DNA of 64,000 nt from Yuukianura sp. NJ FZ-2021 (lineage: Eukaryota). Made by a program: the position numbers and the translations under genes. The DNA lies in assembly GCA_046563655.1 (NCBI GenBank), contig CM102288.1:496001-560000 (forward strand), given 5' to 3'. The notes beneath the pieces were generated by a model. The model ran no database searches, was not told the origin of the DNA, and saw only the letters and a program-made list of their open reading frames with translations. Each line of letters opens with the position of its first letter. Position 1 is the stretch's first letter. Below, piece after piece: positions 12,676-25,766 of the stretch.

Positions 12676-15600
12676 TTAATTTCTCCATTTCAGTTGTAAT
12701 TTCTTGAGTAAATTGCGTTGTCGTACATTCTTGGCAAATCGCTCATCTTTTTCATCGAAAAGCATTGACGTGTCCTAAAGTTTTTGAAAAAGTTAAGTGT
12801 TTTTCACTCTTGCTAAAGTTCTTTTGAAGTTTTTCTAGAAAAGAAATACTCTTACACTTGAAACGTGGCTAGCCTTGACCACCAGCTTATGGACAGACTT
12901 GTCCAGTACACTTCCTCGTACTGACGCTGCGTCAGCATCATCATCGTCATCACTCTCCATATCCTCCAATTCAGGTTCAGCAATCAGCAGGAACCGAGCT
13001 GGCAGTGGAGAATTTGCTACCTGGTAGCAAAATTTAAGCAACGTCAAAACAATTAACTAATTAGATTAACTATTTACTAACTTTCGACAATTTTCTGCAA
13101 CTTCTAGGCAGGAGACAAGGAGCTGTGTACACATTTTTAGTATTTCCATCTTGGATTACTCCTTGCAGTAAAACAATGTCACAAATGTACTCGGGTACAG
13201 TCATGTTCTCAAATTTTTCTCCAATTGGCACCGCCGAGTGTTCCACTCTCGTCCGAATCCGGTCTGTACAAAAAACCGAAATCTGAAACCGCAAATGTTT
13301 TTTGTGACGTTTTTTACCGTTTGTCCAGGACTGGTACTCGTCTACATTTTGAAAAATGGCTTCAGCTATGCGCATGCCAACGGACCGCCAAATCCTGGAC
13401 TCCAATCCGTCGTCTTCAAGATCAAACTGTCTGAGTGCGTCGTCCATCACTGCTGGAGGAATGTGATAAACTCGAACTGGAGTTTCACATGTGACGGTAC
13501 ACGAACTTGGAAGCTTCGTCAAAACTCCGAATTCTCCGATGGCGTAACCAACTTGGAGGTAATCCGTATCTTCAAGTTCAAACATCATGTCACCAAGGAC
13601 CTCAATGTTAGGTAACTTTCCACAATTCAATTGTTCCTGTAAAGTTACACAAATTTCTCAATGTAACTCTTGTAACTCCTCAATTCATGCATTTTTTTAT
13701 TCACCTGACGAAGTTTGAAGTCCGGCATGTAGTGAACTTTGACCATTCCTTCTACGATTAAGTAAATTCCATTAGGCTCGTCACCCACATTGTACAGCGT
13801 ATGACCTTCAGGAAAGCTCAACAGAACGGAATTTTCCTATAACGAAAGTAAGTTCTTGAAGTTTTCGTTTTGGAAACGTTTTTACAAAAACGTTTTTTGC
13901 CTTAGCGAAATCGATTTTTGTTACTTGGATGAACGATGCAAGTCTAGGATCATCACCAGCATGGAGCCAAGCGAGGTTGTGCAGAATAGCTGTTGGTGAG
14001 TTGGGCAGAACTGACACTGGAGTGGACCAAAGAAACTTCATCTTGGACTCAATCAGTTGCAACAACAAAGCGTTTTCAGCGATATCCAGCAGCCCATCTT
14101 CACGCAACTCGTAAAGTGTTCCACGCATTTCGTTCAACACAGCTCGACTGGCGTGACGTGTCTTCACTGCAATGGCGGTCTTTGGATGCTTCTGTTGAAG
14201 TCGACCTGGGATCAATCAACAATCAAAATTTTAAATTCTCCACTCCACAAAATTTTAGCAAAATTTTGTTTTACCGAGAAGACGAATTGTTTCAAGACGT
14301 TCTGTTCGCAACGCCCGTACCAACTGAATCTTCACCCTAAAAATGAAACAAAACATAATGGAAATCTAAACTTGGAAGTTGGAACTGTCAGTTATTGCAG
14401 GATGTACTTCTCATGCTCCGTCATCTGAAAAACAGTTCAAAATTTGGAAAAAATTGTTTCAATTTTTCAGAATTTTTGAATCAAAGAGACCAACCTGAGG
14501 CAAAAACTTGATCACGTCATCAACACCTTTGACGAATCCCTGCAAATTCACGCCAAAAAAAATAATTTCTTTTGATTTCAGGAATTCAGCGATCTTTTTC
14601 AAAATTTTACCGTTCCGATATCATAGCCAAGGAAAATGCTGTGATTCATCCTTGTGTGCATGAAACCACGACCACGTCGGACGCAACACTAAAAACAGTA
14701 TTTCTCACAATCAAAAAAAGTTGACCTTTTGACCTCATCACCAAAAAACTTTTCGCTAAAGTAAAACAGCAACAACAACTTACTTTGAGGAGTCTCAGAG
14801 ATCGTGTCAATTTGAAAACTCGAAACGCTCTTGTGACTAAGGATAAGCCCTACAAAATCAAAATGGAAACCCGTTTTTCAAAATTTTTCGAAATCCAAAA
14901 TCAAAATTCTTACTGTTGTGATGTTGTTTTCAGTTTTTCCGACAAAGGCAAACATGAAGGCCACCGAAAAAGTTACATTGACAATTCCCATTACGAGAAT
15001 GACAACATCAACCCAGTTCCATTTGTCCCCGAAGTAACCTCGGACCCCAAATCCAAAAATCTAACACAAGTAACATTCAAAATTTAAAAAGTTGTTTTAA
15101 AAAGTTAAATTTTGAAAATTGTGTAACCTTGATGAAAAATTCAATCAGGTAGATGATGATGAAGACAGCACTGGTAATGAGGAAGGCAATTCTGCGTGGT
15201 GAATCCACTCTCTCCTCATTGTTAGCACCACTATGTTCCAGAACAAATTCCCAAATGGCTGGAATCAGACTTACGAGAACAACAATAGTAACGATTCCAT
15301 TAAACCTAAAACTCAAAAAACGATTTCAAAAATTTGTCAAATTTTGTTTTTAGATAACTTCAGAGTAAAAGTTACCACTCCCGGGTTGCCAGCCACCACA
15401 ACTTCTGTCTCCAGCGTGTTTTGGGCTTGTCCGGCAGCACCAGCTCCTTGTCCAGCTTGAATCGCTCAATAAAATTCTTCTGGATCCAGTGAAAGAAACC
15501 GTGGATGACATAGTAACGCTCAAAATCCCGCGCATGAATCATGTGCAATTGCAAATCTCCAGCACGGTCGGCTACACCAATCAGAATCTGCACTGCTACG

Positions 15601-18600
15601 TCGCTCAGTACGCCTTTTTCATACTGCCTCCAAAACGAAACCTGGAAAGAGAAAAAAATCATGTTGAAGTTTTCAGAGTTTTCCAAATGTTGGCCAAGGT
15701 TTGATGACTTTTGATTTTCTTTAACAGGTTGGGTAATACCTAATGTTCTTTCGTTTTTGAAAAAAGAAGTACTATCTTTTCATTTCGGGGCATCGCAGTC
15801 ATAACAATACAGCTAATTTTTGCATAAAATTAGTTCCAATTTTTTGGATTGCTACATTTTTTTTTCGTTTTTTTGTTAACAAGAGACGTAGTACTCAACC
15901 TGTTAAAGAAAATTAACTTTTCGTCGTCAATGAACCTTGATGTTGACTTTTTAAAATTTTGTTACTTTGAGGGCTTTCATGATACGCTGCCGAGACTCTT
16001 CGGCTTCCAGAACTTCTTTGTCAAATGCCAACTCTTTACTGCTCGTGTGACTTTTCTCATCACTTCCATTTCCTTCGGAATCTTCCCTTTCCGTTTGAAA
16101 TCGTAATCTCATTGGTTGCTCAACTTCAGCAGCAGTTTCGTCCACATCCTCCGCAACCGGCTCCAGACTCACATTTTCTGTTGTCGAACTTGCGTCGGAT
16201 TCAGGCGGCGCATGACTCTTTTCTGCCGACTTCGGGCGTTTAGTTTTCTTTTAAAAACAGTTTTTTTTAAATTGGGCTTGGCTTAAATCCAAATTTTAGA
16301 CTAAACACGGTGAAAATTTGAGGCTAAACAGAAAAATGAAAACTTACTACTTTATAAGGGTTGTAAATCTTTGTGTTTTTGTTAACAATGGTCCAATCAG
16401 CGTCGACAAACGAAACGTTGTAGCGGTACTGAAATGTCGCTCGCTCCTTATGAAAATGAATGAACCGTATTAGTCGAAATTTTTAAAAATTTGAATTCAA
16501 ATTTTTTAAAATCTGAGTTGAAATTTGAGTGTTTAGCTTACTTTCGTGTCTCCTACTTGCTTGACGGCATTGTGCATATCCTGTAGCCTTCCGGAAGAAA
16601 CGTCCGTGAGGTGGAGCCAATCCAATAAGGTTTTTGCCGTGGTTCCATTGAGAAACAGCGTCAGAAAAACAATTCCACCAGTGTGAAACAGGATCTTTCA
16701 AAATTTTGAACATTTTCAGTTTCAAAAAAACCAAAATTTTGATTTTGAAAGTTTACTTTTGGACCAATTTGGTCTCCTGGTTTTTCACAAAGTTCGGAAC
16801 TGTAGAAAACTTCCAGCGCCAAGCAAAGACCAACTGCTCCGCGTAGTCCACCCCACGTTGACACAAGCATGTCCTGCCATTTCAGTCCGTAACCAATTCT
16901 AAAATCAATCCAAAAGTTATTCACTTTTTTAAGTTATGAAAAAAAAAATTTCAAAATTTTGAAGCGAGAAGAGCGAAATCCAACTGAAAAGAATCGTTTT
17001 AGTTTAGTTTTCAGTTTTTACCGAGTAAGCCAAGGCATGAGGAGCATGAGGGTTGCCAGTCTGTAAACCCAAAAATGTCAAGTATTTCAAAACTTTGTGA
17101 AAATATATTGTAATATATTTATATTATTTATATAAATAACTATATATAAATATATTTTATTATAATAAATGTACCTGACTATCGTAAGGTTGAGGTAGAG
17201 GAAGCCGAGGTTGAAAGCATCCAAAGAATTGATCTGTCCAATGGCAGTTTCTGACAAAATGATTCCGACGAGGACGAAGATGACGGTATTGGCCAAGTAT
17301 CCTACCATTTCCTGAAAGTATTCATTTATATATTAAATTTATTAATTTTTATAGTATATTTATATATTTTACCCAGAACTGATGCACATTCTTGAGAACT
17401 TCTGGAGAAATACTTGTGCTGTCAGCACTCATTTTGAGACCAAGCACAACCACTGAGATGACGCCAGAGATTCCCAATTGCTCCGCCAAGGCGTAGACCA
17501 AGTAGCTCGAAAAAATTGTAATCGTGATTTCCGTGGCTTATTTTCAAAAGAAATGAATTTTGAATTTTGGTTTTTCAAAATTTTGAAGACGAGGAATTCA
17601 CTGTACCTGCATCATTGAAAATCATTGCAAGTGCCACAGTACAGATTTTTCCAACGACGTATCCAAACAACGGTCCTCCAATGCTAACTTTGAGCAAAAT
17701 TTTAACAACTTCGAGGATAATATCCTTCTCTTGTCCAACAATTTTTATGAAAATTTCGTACATCAAAACAGCCTTTAAAAATTTGAGAAAAAAAATTTAG
17801 ACCAAATTTTTTTTGAAAGGTCAAATTATTAAAAAAAAATTTCTCTTTGCAAATTTGTACCACGCCATCATTCAGCAGTGATTCTCCTTCAATCAAAATT
17901 CCCAGTTTCTTGGAAGTTCCTAGTAAAAAAAAATGGATGTTTAAAATTTTTGAAATTGAAAACCAAAAATTTTCATTTCAGTTCAAGAGACTAACTTTAC
18001 CCAGTTCTTTCAAAATTGCAACCACCGCTACTGGATCAGTGGCGCTAATGATGGATCCATACAGAAAGGCAGTTGGGTAGTCCCATCCATAAGTTGTCAT
18101 AAATCCAACACATACAAAGCCAGTCAAGAAAACACTGTCAAAAAAAAAAATTGAAATTTTGAAACATTTTTTTTGAAATTTTTCTGAAATATGACTTACA
18201 ATCAACATTTTTACGGCGATACGACCGTTATATTTCAATTTTAGTTTAGAACTCACCTTAAGATCATTCCAGGCAGGGCTAGAACGAGAATCTGAAAAAG
18301 TCAAATGGTTTTCCAAAAGCCCAAAAAATTTGTATTTTTACAAAATTTTGATATCAAGGTCACCTGAGACAGTGACCTCATGAAAACGTGAACGTCCATG
18401 TTATACGCAGATTCAAAAATGAGCGGCGGCAGAAACGTATACAAAATATTCTTGGGCGGAATTCTGGCAATTTTCGTAAACTTGCTCCAAGTGGAGCACA
18501 CGCCCATATTTATGTGCGTTCCACTCCCAAGGAGGAGTCCAGTTATCATTAAAATCTAAAATATATTAAAAATAATTAAAATTAAATATAATAAAGGTCA

Positions 18601-19187
18601 AATTGAGATTAACTAACCACAGTATACGGTATGTTGAGTCTCGTAGCTTTTAGGATTGTGCGTATAAGAGCTCCCCAAACGATTATAACAAAGAGGCTCA
18701 GAAAGAACCAGAGAAGATCGTCATCTTGAATAGTACAAGTACGCTCGTAGATGTCTAAAAAATGTGAACCAATTTTTTGAAAATTCTTTTCCGATTTAGC
18801 ATCAGTTATTAAAAGTCTGTTTTTTTTAAATGTCGTACCTTTCTTCCTATTTTTGTTGACTTTGCAGAAGTCAGTGGAATGCACCACTATGTGACCATGC
18901 GTAGCGTTAGTAATGTCGGACGAGGTCTTATTAGTTACGACATTAACTGGAAGTTTGGTTGTTGTTGTCGTTGGTTTGGTTGCATTTGTCGTTGGTTTGG
19001 TTGGTGTTGTCGTTGGTTGGGTTGCATTTGTCGTAAGGTTTAAGGGTGGAGCTATTGTCGTCGAGTTCGGTGGTGTCGTGGGAAGTTGTCCCTGGACGAC
19101 ACATACGACGACAAACATCATAAGACCAAATGTTGTCGTAGAGCGGCTAAAAACTCGGCCGGTTCTCCATAACATTTTCATTTTCAT
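12676..19187 (-). CDS. SLC9C1: Sperm-type voltage-gated Na+/H+ exchanger (SLC9C family): CPA1 transport domain + voltage sensor + cyclic-nucleotide-binding domain, many exons
   Basis: FLPPLIFESA, SATDPVAVVAIL, IEGESLLNDG, WGGLRGAVGLCLAL; S4 RAFRVFKLTRSLRLLK (14785-14850); GYDIGT-GFV; CNBD GDEPNGIYLIVEGMVKV...GEFGVLT. Last exon approximate. Confidence 0.92.
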
Positions 19188-19732
19188 TGCTAAAATTCCA
19201 AACTACTGGCACTGTTGTGTAACAATAAAAAATGGATCCAGTAAACGAGCCACTAATAAGTAACTTTTTCGTCAGCGATAGCGAAAGATACAACTTAGCT
19301 GCTGAGTTACGTTTTACCTTCTGGAAAGTACTGGAAAGTTGCATCGATTTTCAAATACTTGCGACGTATTTCTCAAACGACGACGACGCACAAGCAGCGA
19401 TCGGCAAACAAACAACGAAACGTTCACGACAACTGTCATGGTTCTTCATGGAAGTGAAGATGTGCTTTCAAAGTTTAAATTTTTTTGAAATTTTGAACAA
19501 AGAATTTAAAAATGAAACTCAAAAAATACTTTTAAAAAAAATTTGCAACCCAGCATTGGGTGGCCATCTATCGGTCACGGTGCACACTGCAGCTGGAATT
19601 TTGCTCACAGACTCTTACATTCCGATTAAGTATTGGTCTGCTTTCAATAATCTGTCGTTTATCATTTCATGTTAATTGGAATTAAGTTTTAGTTTAATTA
19701 AATAGTTAAAATCTCTAGTTGGTTCAGTAATA

Positions 19733-21560
19733 ATGCCAAAGCTAAAGATCGTACCTACCAAGAAACGGGGACGGAATGGGGATGACGGACGCAGGCAGGC
19801 AGCCAGGGTACCGATGACACGAGAACGTAAGAAAAACCAACTGAAGTAATTGATTGACTTACAAAATTGATGTTTTGTATTGCTAACAGCTACTCTGTCG
19901 GAGTCATCCGATGAAGATACTGGACCAAACACGAGCCAAGAACAGGAACAGAAGCCTTCGACTTCAAGAATGGCTGGTCCTTCGTCACAGTCTCAACAAA
20001 ATGGACGGAAATCTAAGGCTAAAACGAAACCAAAACGATCTGCTCGCAAGAATCAGGACGACGACGACGATGAGTATGACGAAGCAAACGATTTCAATCG
20101 TACTCAAAACGCCGGGAATTCCACTGAACAGTTGATTTCGAATTGCTTGTCATACCTTCTGATTGCCAATACGAAACAACATGCGATCAAGCGTGCCGAT
20201 ATTAGTAAGAATGTACTTAAGGGAGTGAATCTTGGACCATTGGAGTACAAGAAACTGTTGAAGAAAGTACAAAAACAACTCAAATCAGTAAGTATATTTC
20301 TCCAGCAATATAACTAAAGCACGGTTTTGTAATTTTTTTTAAAAAACTTCTTGTTCACAGGTTTTCGGTATTCAACTGTATGGAATCAATGAGTCGACGC
20401 ACGACTTCGGTTACGACTTATCCGTCGTGGGATTGAACAGCTTCATGCTCGTGAGCGATTTTAAGCCAATCCTGCATACTGCAAAGATTGTTCATCTTAC
20501 AAACTACGAGGAGACCGTTCGGTCTGTGCTGTTCATCTCACTGTCGCTTCTGTTTATGAACAGCGTTGATCCGACTGTTGGACTGAAGGAAGGTAAACAA
20601 TAAACATCGTCTTGAAAACGTTTTAAACCATCGCATCATACCCAAGTCATACCCATGTTGTTGTACTATTGTCTGTAGAGGCCATTTGGCGGTTCGTCGA
20701 AAAGTTGCAAATCGATACTGAACTTGGAAACATCAAGCAACAGGATTTCACAAAGTTTCTCAAAGCCGTTAGAAAGCATTTACGCATTTTTTAGCAAATC
20801 AATGGACATTCCTTAAAAGTAACATAATCGTTGTATTATAATTTAGGAACTCGTGCAAAAGCTGTATTTGACAGCACGAGAAACGCGAGACGATGGGCAG
20901 GAAGTGACAGCAGTGCGATACTTTTGGGGACCACGATCTCATTTGGAGTACAGCAAAGCCGACATTCTCATCAAAATGGCACAAGTACGCAGTCCCAAAT
21001 CCCAAAAGCAGTTGTTTTTTTTATTTTTACGTTTTACCAACATTTTTTTTCTAACAGTTCTTGAAGGCCAAACCAAGGGACTTTCCTGACCAGTACCGAA
21101 GTGTTTTGAACTCCGAAGAAGGGAAACACGCTGAGGCTCTGTTTGCCCAATTCGATGAGCGTCAAGCTCAAGAAGAAGACGATGATGCTTACATTGACAC
21201 GGATGCAGAAACTGTTGACTTTGACACCGATGCAGAACAAGATGTTATCGCCAACGGTGGTAGAGCAAAGATCCCCAAGGCAAACACAGATCAGGATGCA
21301 ATCGATTCCTCTGAAATCGATACTCAGGACTTGTCAAGCCTGACTCCCGTAGCCAATGGAAACCTAAATGTGGATACTGACAGCATCGATACTTCTGAAA
21401 TTGACACTCAGGAACTATTTGCTCCAACAGGGCAGGTAATAAGCTGAAACTCTGTCACTACGGTTAGTTAGTTTTGGCGCAATTTTTTAACAACTAGCGT
21501 ATATTGATTTAGAATGCTGCCGCCAATGATGGTTCGGAGACCGACTATTCTTCCGACTAA
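19733..21560 (+). CDS. MAGE-domain protein (NSE3/NSMCE3-like, SMC5/6 subunit) with acidic tail
   Basis: YLLIANTKQHAIKRADISKNVL, VFGIQL, YFWGPRSHLEYSKADILIKMAQV, KPRDFPDQY are MAGE homology domain motifs; spliced. Confidence 0.82.
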
Positions 21561-21649
21561 ACCTCTCCCATTTTTCTACACCAGCAAGGACACACCTCCG
21601 ACTTCATTTATAGTAAAGTTTAGTAACTTTGTTAGTTTTTAGGTAAAGT

Positions 21650-24600
21650 TTAGAAGTGTAAATTGAGTATCTCAGCATTAGATTTAAGTGTTTCCAGGCA
21701 CTTGTCGTATCCTTCTTGGACGATAGCCCTCTCTCTTCGTTTCTATAATGAATAAATTAAAAATTAAAAATACTAACACAGGTTCCAGTCAATTCTGAAA
21801 CTTTTGTTATGAAACCTGAAACCTCACCTTGATAATTCCGAAAACTCGTCGAACTGCAAACTCCGCCTTCGTAACAGCTTCTGAGCATGTATCGGGATAC
21901 TTGTCTCGAAAGTCTTTCACACCTTCGAAGCAAAAAAAAAATTACAAACTTAAAAATTCTCCGTTTGCGTCCAAGTTTAGCTACTAATTTTTAGTAACTG
22001 GACTTACGTCCAATGTATTCTACTGTAAGATCTACAGTTTCTTCCATCTTGGCATCTGCACTGGCCAGCATCTCTTCCGACAGAAGAGAAATTGCTTTTT
22101 GAGCATACGTTAATCCCTTGGTCCAGCTCAAGTACAAATCATCCGATTCGGACGTTGTGCTGACTTCATTTGCGTCAATCAGAAGCACGTCTGAGTACAG
22201 TTTCCAGATTTTTGAATTATTCGTTACCTAAAAATAGTAGACAGACATCCAAGTCAAAACTGAATTAAAAAGTGATCACTGTTGTGATTGATTTAAGAAT
22301 AAACTTACAACGGACGTAAGTCTGCCAAACAGTTTCAACGCATCTTTGTAGTATCTGTCCCTGCAAGGTACTTCAGCAGCATCGTTCATATTAGTCACAA
22401 TTGCTCTCACCAGTAGTTCCAGCACCTATAATAAACATTGTTCTTAATCTTAGACATCTCGTGACCTTTGACCTTATGAAAGGCTGAATTTAAAATGTTT
22501 GACCTGTTCATCTGCCCATTTTCCTTTGAGATCCAGCAGACGATTGTAGGCTCGAATGACTTCATCAAAAGCTCGGCAGTCCGTTGCTACAACCAAAGTG
22601 TTTTCCCATACTTTCCAGTTTTCGTAGTTGCATTTACTGGCTTCCTTCAGTGCTCTCAGGGCTTTCTTCTTTTCATTCAGCTTCACAAACCCATGGGCAA
22701 GGTTGTTCCAAATTTCGAAATTCTAAAACAAAAAAAGGTCAAAAGCGTTCTCTAAACGTTTCTTTTGGAAAAATGCTACAAAACATACGTCGCTGTCGAG
22801 TGAGCTGGAATGCTGATACGCTCTTGTGCAAAGAGCCCAATCTTCAGTCATCAAGGCAGAAAATCCCAAACGAATCCAAGTAGGATTCTCAAGTGGATTC
22901 AGTTCAATACTTTTCTGGAGATGTGGAAGTGCCTTTGCATACTGTTTAAAAAGAAAATTGAAAAAATTGAATTTTGAAAAGATTTTTGTGGGTTTCTAAC
23001 CTCTTTGCGAACAAAGTAATAGTTTCCCCATTGCCTCTGTGCTCTAGCACTCCTTTCTTTGGACAATTCCCACGCTTTTTCATAATGTTCTGGACAATCC
23101 GTGGCATCTCCAAGGAGAATCCAAAGTTTGACAATATCTTTTGCTGCAGGACTGGGATCTCTTTGTATCTTTTCCCAAATGACATCTTTGGCCTTGTGTC
23201 GAAGATTTAGTCCAGTGTAACAACTGATTACACTTTCCCACAGATTCAGTCGTAGTGAAATGTCCAAAGCTTCTTTGAACAGATTCAAAGAAGAGAGGAC
23301 ATAGACAAGGCTAACCTATACAAAACACAAAATTTTAAACCAAAATATGAATTTTATAGTAATCGGTACAAATATTTTAGAACTTTTTTTGAAACCTCAA
23401 TTTCCCATTTGGCAGGAAGTGAAAGTCCGAAAAAGTATTTGATCCGCGATAGCAAATTAGGCGAATCGCTGTCCACCACTTTTTGTAAAACCTGAAAAAC
23501 AAGAAAAAGTCAAGGTCGTGTTACACATGTTTCAAAAACATCACTTATTCGAACTTACTTCTAATTGTTTCATAGAGCGTTCCACAGTTCTTCTGTTGTC
23601 CAGTTCCAAAACTGAACGCTGAAGGAGACAAACCAATTGGATTCCCCAATCTTTAGGGTTTTCGATCAAAAACTTTAAATAACAAAAAAAAACAATGTTA
23701 AAACAACAGTCGCCTTTTTAAAATCGGAATTCAGAAAGTGATGCTCAAATTACGCGTAAGTAGGCTGAGAGTTCCTCTAAATACACGCCATCATGTGGTA
23801 AGTGCTTCCTCACGAGTAAACTAGAAAGCAAAACTGAGGAAACTAAAAACCACTTTTCATAGTATGATTTTATACAAAAAGTAAACATTCGACTTACAAT
23901 TCACTCAAAATGACGAAATGCTGGATTGACAAAAGATCAGCTCCGGTAGTGGTTGGTCCTTCAACCAATGCTAGTTTATCCAACCTGTCCTCATCTTCTA
24001 GTCCCACTGCCTAAAACAGTTACACAGTCAACAACAAAACGTATTTTTCATACACCTTACTATTTTTGAAGTTTACCGGTGGAAAAATTGTGGCCAAGGA
24101 ATCTTCATTTTGAATCTCCGTTGGTACGACTTCGACATTCAACACTAACTGAGCAATCTGAGTTTGCTGAAATTTGGTCCTCTTTCCCAGTACCCCTAAA
24201 TTAAACATTTTAATTTAAAATTGAAAATTACTAAAGGCTAAGCAGTTGGATTTTAAACAAGAAACAAAAACATGACCTCACCAGTCGTGCTTGTAGAAAT
24301 TCCACACATTTTCTTCGCTTTCTCCAAAAACTTCTTAGCCGTGTCAATGTCGTAGTAAAAAGAATAAATTTCAGCCATCTCGATGTAAAAAATCGTTGCA
24401 AGTCGAGCACCAACAACTTCTGGAATCACCAACTGTTCTAGTTGTGCAAAATGCTTCTGAATCAAATCCCAAAGCTTTGCAGACTTTTCTTCCAGTATTT
24501 TTTGGTGAAGGAAGTATGTCCGGATCAACCACCAATGAATACTAGGGTATTCGTTTGATACAAATTCCAAACGGTTCAGCATAAGTCCAGCCATCACTAA

Positions 24601-25023
24601 CAATTCTCGGTGTTCCATGTTTTCAATAAAGCTCTCTCCATCTCCTGGACTTGGCTTTAGTTCTTTCTCATCGTCAAACGCTTTGGCCAAAGTAATTGTC
24701 TGTTCAGAAAGGGCAGAGGACGATTTAAATGGCGGACCGGTGTAGTTGCTCTGAACGTACATCTCCAGAAGGCGCTTGACGTTCGTCAGGATCCTAGAAA
24801 GAGAGCAACCAAGTATAACTACAGTTGTGCATTACCTAATTTAGTTCAACAAATGACATTTGACTTACGTGATTGTGTCTTTAAGGTCAGGGCCTTTGAC
24901 GTTACCCTCAAAGTCAGGCTGAAGAAGAAGAACATAGGGAAGCAGATCTTCTCGATGTTGGAGGAGTTCCGCTTCTTTTACTCCCCATGAATTCAGGAGC
25001 GAAACTTCTTCTGGTTGGATCAT
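21650..25023 (-). CDS. TTC27: Tetratricopeptide repeat protein 27-like
   Basis: GVLGKRTKFQQTQIAQL, YEKAWELSKERSARAQR, WNNLA, ASKCNYENWKVWEN, TPR arrays; multi-exon. Confidence 0.88.
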
Positions 25024-25766
25024 CGTCGCTGCAGTATTATCTTCTAGTATTTGGAAAAAGTTAGCAGCAATTACTAATTAACTATTAATTAATTAAGAAA
25101 CAGAATTTTAGCAAAAATAACAAAACTCTCTCATGTGGTCGTGCTGTCTTTCTGATTTCATTCCCGCAATCAGCTGATTGAAATTTGAAAATAAAATTTC
25201 CCGCCATTTCTCGGGCCTACTTTTTAACACATTTCAAATCAATCAACTGGTAAAATATGATAAAACATGAAAAGTAATTCATTAAAATCTTTAGTTATGT
25301 AGTCAATTTGTAGCAACTTAAAAATTCCTTATGCATGAGCCATGTAATTGTAACGTTTATTGTTGTAAATTGTAATTTAAGTTGTAATTATTACAGTGAA
25401 CCATTTACAGGAATTTTGTAAAATGCAAGTTTCAATTGTCATTCTTACAGTTAAATATTTTGATCAACTAACTTTAAAGTTTAAGTTAAAAATCACTTAT
25501 ACCAAGGGAAATGTTAACAATCCTCAAGAGTGAGTGAGTCATAAAGAAGCATTACAGTATAGGATTCATTTTCAAAACTGTTAGTCAATTTTAAAGGAAA
25601 TTACATTGGATATTTTAGTGTCAAACATTGACTAACTGTCATTCTTTCAATTTGCAGTTAGTTTTACAACCTAATTTTCTAACGCTCATGTAAATAACAA
25701 ACACTTACTAATCATAAACACTTGTGTTGTGAATTCTTTTTGGATTTCAGCAGTTCTTTTTGGAAT

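Noticed and set aside
17095..17370. Nearly pure AT (TATATA-rich) introns as inserted elements
   Set aside because: Low-complexity sequence without TIR or TSD; similar patches occur at about 18560, 30150 and 60390.
18913..19675. Plus-strand ORFs of 116 and 147 aa
   Set aside because: One is the antisense shadow of the Thr-rich SLC9C exon; the other is a promoter-region ORF with intergenic-like composition and no motifs.
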